Assembly: GCA_944324675.1 (NCBI GenBank)
Contig: CALUXE010000001.1
Coordinates: forward strand, 6,694 to 70,693
Reading direction: 5' to 3'
Length of the DNA: 64,000 nt
DNA from: an uncultured Elusimicrobiales bacterium
Lineage (GTDB): Bacteria; Elusimicrobiota; Elusimicrobia; Elusimicrobiales; Elusimicrobiaceae
The position numbers and the translations under genes are program-made. The notes under the pieces are model-generated. The model was not told the origin of the DNA. It saw only the letters and a list, made by a program, of their open reading frames with translations, and made no database searches. Every line of letters starts with the position of its first letter. The stretch's first letter is position 1. Below are positions 9,038-17,800 of the stretch, one piece after another.

Positions 9038-11245
9038 ATGAATCTTATAAACGATATTCTAAAAAGCGCCGCTCTTAAAGGCAAGAAAAATTTAAATGAG
9101 GCCGACTGTTATAAAATATTAAATCAAATATCCATAAATACTCCCAAAACGGCCGTACTTTCCCCAAAAGATGATATAGCCGATATCCTTAAAACCTTTC
9201 CCGGCGACAAAGCGGTTCTTAAAATACTTTCGGACGAGACTCTGCATAAAACCGATAAAGGCGGGGTAAGAATTTTCCCGAAAGAACAGGCCGGAGATGC
9301 TTTTGCCCAAATGATTAAAGACTTTCCCGAAGCCAAAAATTTTATGCTGGCGCAATTCATAGACTGCCCGCCGTTTACGCTCGGGCGGGAAATACTGCTC
9401 GGCGCCCGTTTTGACCAGGCCTTCGGCCCCGTAATAACCTTGGGGCTCGGCGGAACAGACGCGGAATACCTCGCCAAAAACATAAAAGAGGAAAGCAGAA
9501 CGGCTTTGACATCGGCTTTAAACGCGGATTTTGACTATTTTGTGGAAAATTCTCTAGTTTGGCGCTATTGCGGCGGCAAAGCCAGAGGCTCAAAAGCGCA
9601 AGTATCCAAAGCGCTTTTGGTTGCAGCCGCGAAAAACCTGGCGGACTTAATGCTGGAGTTCAGCCCGCTGAACGAAAAGGCGGAATTCTTTATTGAGGAA
9701 TTTGAAATTAATCCTCTTTGCGCCTCGCGGGGAGCCTTAACCGCTCTTGACGGAGTGCTGCGCTTCAAAAAAGCGGAATTCAAAATCCCGAAACCGAAAG
9801 TGTCAAAAGAAGGGCTTGAAAGCCTCTTAAACCCCAAAAGCGCCGCCGTTATAGGCGTAAGTTCAAAAAAAGTAAATATGGGGCGCATAATCCTAAACAA
9901 TATAATACAAGCCGGTTTTGACAAAAACAATTTATTCGTAATCAAAGACGGCGAAACCGAAATTGACGGCGTAAAATGCGTAGCGGATTTTGAAAGTCTG
10001 CCCCGCAAAATTGACGCTTTGATCTTATCGGTGCCAGCAAATTCCGCGGGGCAGACTTTAACGCAATGCGCCAAAAGCGGAAAAGTAAACGGGGTCGTCC
10101 TCATAACCGGCGGCATCGGGGAAAAAGAAGGCTCCGCCGATTTAAGCCGGCAGGTGGAAGAAATTATAAAAGAAGGCAAAAAAAATAATCCCGGATTCAC
10201 CTTAAACGGGAGCAATTCCTTGGGATTGGTATCCAATCCGTCGCATTTTAACAGCCTTTTTATACCGAAAGAGAAATTTACCCCGCCCCTGGGCGTCAAC
10301 CCCAATCTGGCGCCGTCGGCCTTCATAAGCCAAAGCGGCGCTTTTATGCTTTCTTCTTTGGGTAAAATGGAGCATATAAAACCGCTCTATTGCGTTATGA
10401 CGGGCAATCAGCAGGACGCCACCGTAAGCGATTACGCTAAATATCTGATAGAAGAAAATAAAGTAAAACTCTTAATGCTTTATATAGAAGGGCTTAAAGA
10501 GAACGAAGGCGAAATATTGCGCCAAAGCCTGCTTAAAGCGAAAGAAAAAGGAATAAGAACGGTTATTTATATGGCGGGGCGCACGCCCAGCGGGCAGAAA
10601 GCGGTAATGGGGCATACGGCTTCCATAGCGGGCAATTATCTTACGGCCAAGAAAATACTCGGATCGGCGGGTGCGTTTATGGCCGACAGTTTTGAGGAAT
10701 TTGAAGATCTCTGCCAAACTTTAAGTTCCCGCTCGGCCGAAAAAATCAAAAACGACAAAGTATTTATGCTCAGCAACGGCGGCTTTGAAACCAGCGGCAT
10801 GGCCGATAATATCACCGAAGACTCCCCCATAAAGGCGGAAATTCCAAGCGGCGCGCTTAAAGAGGAACTTTGCGCCGTATTGGAAAAATACGGCCTCAGC
10901 TCCATAGTGGATGTGCGCAACCCTTTTGATGTAACCCCCATGTGCCCCGACGCCGCCGCTTATGAAATTATTGAAAAAGTGTTAAAAAGCGGCATTTACG
11001 GCAGCGTATTGTTTTCCACCATACCGGTAAGCCCGGCTATAAAAACTTTGAAAGAGGAAAACGCCGACTTCCTGATAAAGCTGGCCGAGCTGTCGCGTAA
11101 ATACGGCGCGCCCATCTTCGCCAGCGTATCGGCCGGGTCCAGGTTTGACTATTACCGCGCCAGCGGGCAAGAAAACGGCCTTGCCGTTTTTGACCACGCC
11201 GACAAAGCCGTACGGATAATAGAGAAAATATTAAAAAACAAATAA
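9038..11245 (+). CDS. ADP-forming acetyl-CoA synthetase / acetate--CoA ligase family protein (fused ATP-grasp, CoA-binding and CoA-ligase domains)
   Basis: N-terminal ATP-grasp-like region (DKAVLKILSDETLHKTDKGGVRI). Then a CoA-binding Rossmann segment (KSAAVIGVSSKKVNMGRIILNNI) and a succinyl-CoA-synthetase-alpha-like phosphohistidine loop (AVMGHTASIAG). Start at ATG 9038 after AGGGGGG; the ORF-track TTG at 9005 is less likely. Confidence 0.8.
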   Translation: MNLINDILKSAALKGKKNLNEADCYKILNQISINTPKTAVLSPKDDIADILKTFPGDKAVLKILSDETLHKTDKGGVRIFPKEQAGDAFAQMIKDFPEAKNFMLAQFIDCPPFTLGREILLGARFDQAFGPVITLGLGGTDAEYLAKNIKEESRTALTSALNADFDYFVENSLVWRYCGGKARGSKAQVSKALLVAAAKNLADLMLEFSPLNEKAEFFIEEFEINPLCASRGALTALDGVLRFKKAEFKIPKPKVSKEGLESLLNPKSAAVIGVSSKKVNMGRIILNNIIQAGFDKNNLFVIKDGETEIDGVKCVADFESLPRKIDALILSVPANSAGQTLTQCAKSGKVNGVVLITGGIGEKEGSADLSRQVEEIIKEGKKNNPGFTLNGSNSLGLVSNPSHFNSLFIPKEKFTPPLGVNPNLAPSAFISQSGAFMLSSLGKMEHIKPLYCVMTGNQQDATVSDYAKYLIEENKVKLLMLYIEGLKENEGEILRQSLLKAKEKGIRTVIYMAGRTPSGQKAVMGHTASIAGNYLTAKKILGSAGAFMADSFEEFEDLCQTLSSRSAEKIKNDKVFMLSNGGFETSGMADNITEDSPIKAEIPSGALKEELCAVLEKYGLSSIVDVRNPFDVTPMCPDAAAYEIIEKVLKSGIYGSVLFSTIPVSPAIKTLKEENADFLIKLAELSRKYGAPIFASVSAGSRFDYYRASGQENGLAVFDHADKAVRIIEKILKNK

Positions 11246-11262
11246 AACCCTTGACGGCAAAT

Positions 11263-11295
11263 AAAAACCCGTCTTAAAAAGACGGGTTTTTATTT
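11263..11295. terminator. Bidirectional intrinsic terminator between convergent genes
   Basis: Stem ACCCGTC (11267-11273) / GACGGGT (11281-11287), flanked by an A-run and a T-run. Confidence 0.85.
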
Positions 11296-11310
11296 TATTG
11301 CGGAAAAAGC

Positions 11311-12183
11311 TCAGCGGCACGCCTCATATAAAGATGCCGCGCGGAAGGAACTTCTTACCAACGGCCCAGCCATAACTCCCTTAAATCCCAGTGAAATACA
11401 AAAATCTTTCATTTCGTCGTACCAAGATTGTTCGGGGTAAGCTTGTACGGGATAATGTCGCGAACTCGGGGCGAGATACTGTCCCAAAGTCAGCAAGTCG
11501 ACTCCGACGCCGCGCAAATCCTTAAAAACATTTTTTAGTTCTTCATCGTTTTCGCCGAGGCCGACCATAAGGCCGCTTTTTGTTATTAAAGAGGGTTTTA
11601 TTTCTTTCGCTTTTTTAAGCAAAGCCAAAGATCTTTCGTAAGAAGCGCCCGGCCGTACGGCTTTAAAGAGAGAGGGAACCGTTTCGATATTATGCCCCAA
11701 GACGTCCAAACCGCTTTCGATTATCTCGGGAAGAAACTCAAATTTCCCGCCCAAATCGGATATAAGCGGCTCTACAAGACAAAGCGGATTTTGCTTTTTT
11801 ATTTCCCTAACTACGGCGGCTATATGGCGCGCGCCGCCGTCGGGCAGATCGTCGCGCGTAGGCATGGTAAGGACTAGGTATTTGATTTTCTGCATTTTGA
11901 CAAGTTCCGCCGCGCGCAAAGGTTCCTCTTTCGAAGGCGGCAGGGGCTTTGCTTTGGTTACGGCGCAATATTTGCATGCGCGGGTGCACAGACTGCCGAG
12001 TATCATTATGGTAGCCTCGCCGTGGCAGAAACATTCCCCCCTATTTGGGCAGCGCGCCTCTTGGCAGACGGTGGGCAGCAAATTTAAATTTAGACTTTTC
12101 TCAATTATTTTAGCGGCGGAAGTATGATAAGCGGCTTTATTTTTAGCCGCCATATCTTTTAGCCATTTAGGTATTTCTCTCAT
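11311..12183 (-). CDS. lipA: Lipoyl synthase
   Basis: Radical-SAM CTRACKYC motif plus the auxiliary cluster motif CQEARCPNRGEC. 290 aa. Confidence 0.95.
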   Translation of the reverse strand: MREIPKWLKDMAAKNKAAYHTSAAKIIEKSLNLNLLPTVCQEARCPNRGECFCHGEATIMILGSLCTRACKYCAVTKAKPLPPSKEEPLRAAELVKMQKIKYLVLTMPTRDDLPDGGARHIAAVVREIKKQNPLCLVEPLISDLGGKFEFLPEIIESGLDVLGHNIETVPSLFKAVRPGASYERSLALLKKAKEIKPSLITKSGLMVGLGENDEELKNVFKDLRGVGVDLLTLGQYLAPSSRHYPVQAYPEQSWYDEMKDFCISLGFKGVMAGPLVRSSFRAASLYEACR

Positions 12184-12202
12184 AATAGTATAATTATAAT
12201 AA

Positions 12203-14254
12203 ATGCGAAGATTTATTACACTACTGTTACTCTTGCTCCTGACGATACCGCTGGCCGCCTCTCAACAAGACATAAAAGAAGCGGCGGATTTGTATTTCAA
12301 TTTTAAGCAGGAAGAAGCCCTGGAAAAGTTTATAGAAATATCCAAAGAAACAGGCGACAGGGACGCTTTTCTTAATGCCGTATACATAGCGCTGGAGCTC
12401 GGCGATACCAGGCTTGCCGTAGATACGGTAAGCATAGCGCTGAAAAAATTCCCGCTGGACGGCGAAGTTCTGGAATTCGCCGGCGAAGCCTACTTGGCGG
12501 CGGGCTATTATCTTAATGCGGAAAACGTATTCGCGCGTCTTAACGAAAACAACAATAAAACCGCTTTTTACTACATAAGTTTAGCCCGCGCCCAAATGGG
12601 TATGGGGCAATACGATTTGGCCGAAATCAATTTAAAACAAGCCGCGGCTGGCGATCAGCATACCGCTTTGGCTAATTTTATGTTGGGAGAATTATACTCC
12701 CAAAAGAAGCAATACCGCAAAGCGGCCGATCATTACAAAAAGGTAATAAAATATGACTCCCAATTCATAGAAGCCAAGGAACGATACGGCGATATGATGG
12801 TAAAACTTAAACGCTATAAAGAGGCATACAGCAATTATTCCAGCGTGCAGGCGGCGGATTCTTCCGACGACAAAGTAAAAGAATCCTTGGAAAAGCTCAA
12901 GGACTATGCCCCCAAAGAACATATCAATATTTTAAGCATACCCGAAACGCCCAAAACGCATACAATAGTAAAGAAACCCATTTCTTTCCATGGCGTTCTG
13001 CCGGAAATACGGGTGGGATTAGGCGCCAAGATAAACGGCGCGCCCGCCCCCGTAAAGCGGGTAGAGTTTTCCACCTCGCACAGATTTAGGGCGGAAACCA
13101 AAAACGGAAAAGTGCTGAAAAGAGGCGCAAACAATAAATTCTGGACGGTAGAGATAATAAACGGCAAGGCCTATTTAATATCGCCCGGCGGACAGAAAAC
13201 CGCGTTCCAAGGCGACAGAATAAAAATAATGCAGGACTCAACCGACGAAGCCGGCCATACCACCATACTCAAGAATATGCTTGTAGGCCACGGCACCACT
13301 TGGGCCGGGCGGGAAACCAAAGAGTACCGCGGCTATATAGAATTTGTATACAACAAATCTATAGAAGGCTTTATAATAATCAACCATGTTAATATAGAGG
13401 AGTATGTTTTTGGCGTAATAGGCTCGGAAATGCCCAGCACCTTCCCCATAGAAGCCCTAAAAGTCCAAGCCGTAATAGCCAGAACTTACGCAATAAAAGC
13501 TCTGGGCAAACACAAACGTTGGGGATATGACGTATGCGACACTCAAAACTGCCAAGTATACGGCGGCGTAAAAGCGGAAAGGGAGCGCACAAACGCCGCG
13601 GTAGAGGCTACAATGGGCAAAGTAATCACTTACAAAGGGAAACCGATAGAAGCGGTATTTTCCTCAAATTGCGGCGGATATACGCAAAGCAGCAAGGAGG
13701 CGGGCTGGTTCCCGCACGATTATCTCCAGCCGGTATCGGATTACAAGGATTTAAATGAGGACAATCTTCAGCCCTATCACTTTAAAGAGCTATTGCAGCA
13801 GCCGCATCAAGCCTACAGCAGATATTTCAATAATGTGAGCCCCGCGGCCTTCCGATGGACGAGATATATAGACGAATCGCGCCTTAGAACAATAATAAAC
13901 CGCAAGAAACATATCGGCTCGATAAAAGCCATCGTACCTTTAAACAGAGGACGATCGGGCTACGTCAACGGGGTAAAGATTATCGGCACCAGAGGCACTC
14001 TGACTCTTACCAAAGAACACGAAATAAAGAAATATTTGGCTTTAGGGCTATTAAGAAGCACCTATTTTATGGTTCAGCCCAATTATGAAAAGGGCAAAGT
14101 GAAATCCTTTATATTTTATGGCGGAGGCTGGGGGCACGGCGTCGGACTATGCCAAACGGGCAGCGGCGGCCGGGCGGAAGCCGGGCAGGATTACGAACAA
14201 ATACTCAAACACTATTATACCGGTACGGAATTAAAAGACATACGCCAAAAGTAA
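12203..14254 (+). CDS. SpoIID/LytB-domain protein with N-terminal TPR-like region
   Basis: Signal peptide; TPR-like helical repeats at aa ~20-240. C-terminal SpoIID signature EEYVFGVIGSEMPSTFPIEALKVQAVIARTYA...CDTQNCQVYGG...FSSNCGGYT...GHGVGLCQTG. Confidence 0.88.
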   Translation: MRRFITLLLLLLLTIPLAASQQDIKEAADLYFNFKQEEALEKFIEISKETGDRDAFLNAVYIALELGDTRLAVDTVSIALKKFPLDGEVLEFAGEAYLAAGYYLNAENVFARLNENNNKTAFYYISLARAQMGMGQYDLAEINLKQAAAGDQHTALANFMLGELYSQKKQYRKAADHYKKVIKYDSQFIEAKERYGDMMVKLKRYKEAYSNYSSVQAADSSDDKVKESLEKLKDYAPKEHINILSIPETPKTHTIVKKPISFHGVLPEIRVGLGAKINGAPAPVKRVEFSTSHRFRAETKNGKVLKRGANNKFWTVEIINGKAYLISPGGQKTAFQGDRIKIMQDSTDEAGHTTILKNMLVGHGTTWAGRETKEYRGYIEFVYNKSIEGFIIINHVNIEEYVFGVIGSEMPSTFPIEALKVQAVIARTYAIKALGKHKRWGYDVCDTQNCQVYGGVKAERERTNAAVEATMGKVITYKGKPIEAVFSSNCGGYTQSSKEAGWFPHDYLQPVSDYKDLNEDNLQPYHFKELLQQPHQAYSRYFNNVSPAAFRWTRYIDESRLRTIINRKKHIGSIKAIVPLNRGRSGYVNGVKIIGTRGTLTLTKEHEIKKYLALGLLRSTYFMVQPNYEKGKVKSFIFYGGGWGHGVGLCQTGSGGRAEAGQDYEQILKHYYTGTELKDIRQK

Positions 14255-14830
14255 GTTTATTTTTTGCGTTTATAAAACGGACAAAAACCTCTAAGAAACT
14301 GTCTTATCCCCTCTCTCGGAAGCCATTAAACTTTGGAAATCCAAAGAGTTTCCATAAACAAAGAGTATAAACCAAATCTTGAAAGGAATCTTCCCCCAAA
14401 ATAAAACCTGGTTTGAAATATTTTTACTACTCCAAATAATAGGCTAAATGTAATATATATACCTTTTCGGGCCCAATTCTTTAGGAACGGCTAAAATCCT
14501 ACGGCAAAAAAATCATTTACCATTTAAAAACTTTACTAAGATCTCAGGATAGCGCCAATAAAGCGATAGGGCTTCCCAAAAGAAAGTTTTATTCTTTTCC
14601 CGCGCCCGCACTATTTTTGTCGTTCAAATATTAGGGTATAGAAACAATCGCTAAGAATAGGATTTTATATTTGAAATAACAAAACCAAAGCATCATCAAC
14701 TTATTTTTGATTTTTAAAAACTCCACCGCTAGGAATAGAAACTCGCATATTTAAAGATTATATTTTGACAGGGAAGATAGTCCTTATATATAATTCCGAA
14801 CACATATCACCCCGGTTATGCCGGGGGGCT

Positions 14831-14869
14831 AAAAACAAAAAATACGGGCGGTATTCATTCCCGCCCGTA
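14831..14869 (-). terminator. Intrinsic terminator of the giant pilin-like gene
   Basis: Stem ACGGGCGG (14844-14851) / CCGCCCGT (14861-14868). On the minus strand it is followed by a long T-run (plus-strand A-run 14831-14842). Confidence 0.85.
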
Positions 14870-14893
14870 TATAAACCTCATTTGCTCAAGTTG

Positions 14894-17800
14894 TCAAAAA
14901 GGACATGCCGGCGGAGTCGGACTGGCGGAACAAGCGCTCCACGCAGACCAAGAACCGTTCCAGCAGAACTGCCTTATCTTATAGTTGGCCGGTGTGCATG
15001 CGGTGCCCATAGAGCTGGTATCTTTCTGCTTGGTACCTATCGTACAAGCGCATTTCGAGCACCCGCTATAGGATTTATCCCCATACATTTTCTTCGCGGT
15101 ACCGCAGTAGTTTGCCCCGACTTTGACATTACATCTGCCCAAGTCATAACAAGCGCTATAGTCATAAGAGACATCCTCCTCTCTTGTCGTTCCGCAGGAT
15201 CCTGCGCGCGAAGATGCGGTATTGTTGCAGTATTCCTTATAATCCTTTTTAGCAACCCGCCCGCCCGCGGTATATCCGCGCGGACAAACTTGGCCGCCGT
15301 TGGATGCCGCCTTATAGCAGCTGGAGTAGTCATAAGTCACATCGCCGATCCTAGTGGTTCCGCAATATCCGGAGTTTTCCGTATTAGAATCTGAACAATA
15401 CTCTTTATAGTTCTTTACGCCGACTTTCCCGCCCGCGGTATAGCCGCGCGGACAAACTTGGCTGCCGGTCGACTCGGTCTTATAACAATTGGAGTAGTTA
15501 TAAGTCACATCTTCGATCTTTGGCGTTCCGCAGGCTCCTTGCGTCGCGGTAGCGGTATTGCCGCAGTACTCTTTATAGTTCTTCACGCCGACGTTCCCGC
15601 CCTCGGTATAGCCGCGCGGACAAACTTGGCTGCCTTCATAGGCCGCCTTATAGCAGCTGGAGTAATCATAAGTCACATTAGCGGTCCTGGTCGTTCCGCA
15701 GGCGCCCTCCGTCTCTGTAGCGGTATTGCCGCAATATCTTCTATAATTCTTCACGCCGACGTTTCCTCCCACTGTATAGCCGCTCGGGCACGCCTGGCTG
15801 CCGGTCGACTCCGTATTATAACAGGCGGAGTAGTCATAAGTCACATCGCCGATCCTAGTGGTTCCGCAATATCCGGAGTTTTCCGTATTAGAATCTGAAC
15901 AATACTCTTTATAGTTCTTTACGCCGACTTTCCCGCCCGCGGTATAGCCGCTCGGGCAAGTCTGTCCTTCGTCCGAGGCAGTCTTATAGCATTGGGCATA
16001 ATTATACCATTGATAAGCTGTAGTCCCGTCAGCCGTACCCGCGGCGTTGGCAAAGTGTCTGAGAGAGCCCGTGCCGACGTTCCCGCCCGCGGTATAGCCG
16101 CTAGGGCACGCCAACCCGTTATTGACTTGATCATAGTAGCAACCTTGATAGTCCGCCGTAGAATCTATCGTAGTCGTGCTCGCGCTGCAGCTTGAGGTTG
16201 ACGTCGCATTCTGATCCGTACAGGTGTATCTCATGCCCGCCAAGTTACCCGTAGCCGTACCAAACTTATAGTTGCTCGTATCCGAACAGGAGGCCGCCTC
16301 ACCGGCTACTTCCTTGTAACAGCTGGTCAGATTATACGTACTGCTCATCGTAGTCTGGGATCCATTGGCAAATACTTGTACGGTATCCGTTCTTACAGAG
16401 CTTCCGTTGTATTCGCTCGGGCACGCCTGGCCGCTCTCAGTCGGATGCGATAAGTAGTAACAGTTGGAAAGAGCGTCTGACCAAGAGGTCGTACCGCCAG
16501 AATAATGTCTTCTGGTGGCGGTGCCTAAATTGTAAGTGACGCTATACTCGGAACAACTGTCGGTGGAATCATAATAGCACTGCGTAGCTACCGACGGCCA
16601 TTCCGTATATCTTGTACCGTTCCCGGCCTCGTTAGACCACTCCCTCTTGGCTATAAAGCCTTGATTAAAGGTGGAGCTGTACTCCTCGCAAGAGGTGGCG
16701 TCCACGTCTCTATAGCACTGAGCGTAATTTAAAACGCTGTTCCAAGCCTCGGCCTTGCGTTCCGAGGAGCATAAACCTTCCGCCGTTTGAGCCGTATCTT
16801 CGCAATAATATTTATAGTATACGCTATTAGTCGCGCTTCCTTCACTATAAGCGGCCGGGCAATCCACGGCGCCGATAACAGGCGTGGAATCTTCGCGGTA
16901 GCAGGCGCTGTAGTCATAAGTAACTTGAGTGCTGTCGCCGTCAAGGGAGCTGATTATTACCGTTTTCTTGGTAGCGGTGCCGGAATATCCGCTGGGGCAG
17001 CTTGCGCTGACTATATTAGCTTCAGACACGCAGGAATCGCCCGAACGGGTATAACCGGAATTACAGGCATAGGCGCAGCTGTCGCTGACGCCCCCATGCC
17101 CCGTGAAATAAGCCTTCGAAGGTTTCCTGGTACAAGCGCTTTCGGCGCAGCCCGTAGCGGATGTGCCGCCGTGGCCCGTCCAGTATTTACCCACCGTTTT
17201 ATTAGTGCAAGCCGCGGAAGGACAGGTCGGAGAAACGTTTCCAAAACCGGTCCAGTATTGGCCTACGGTCGTATTCGTACACTGTTCAAGCGGGCAGGAA
17301 TCGGAATCCCCAGGCGTACCGGCGCCAGTCCAATAATACCCCGTAGGTTTATTGGTACAATTCGATACCGCGCAACCCGTAGGGGAAGCGCCGCCTGAAC
17401 CGCTATAGTATTCTCCCGCGGACACCGTATTGGTACAATCAGCCAACGCGCAACCCGTAGCCGAAGTACCGCCATGGCTCGTCCAATATGTGCCCGGTTC
17501 GGCATTTGTGCAGTCGGCCGAAGGACACGCGGCGGATGTGCCGCCGTGGCCCGTCCAGTATTGGCCTATGGTTTCATTTGTACACTCGCTGTTTTCGCAG
17601 CTGGTTTCGGTTACTCCGCCGCCGCTGGTCCAATAGTATCCTGTAGGATTATTGGTACAGGCCGCTACCAAACAGCCCGTAGGTGAAGTGCCTTCCACCC
17701 AACCGGCCTGCTTCGCGGTTTTGCTGAAACTCGTATAATACTGGCCTATATCCGCGTTGGTACATTTCAATACGGCGCAGGTCGGCCCGGTGCCGCCGTG

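Noticed and set aside
9565-10326. 253-aa antisense ORF inside the acetyl-CoA synthetase gene.
   Set aside because: It lies antisense to a well-supported CDS, with no RBS or motif.
12184-12202. Only 19 nt (AATAGTATAATTATAATAA) separate the divergent lipA and spoIID-like start codons, with a TATAAT-like sequence on both strands.
   Set aside because: This is a real observation, but promoters must lie inside the neighbouring coding regions, and nothing more can be concluded from the sequence. I do not consider it a distinct feature.
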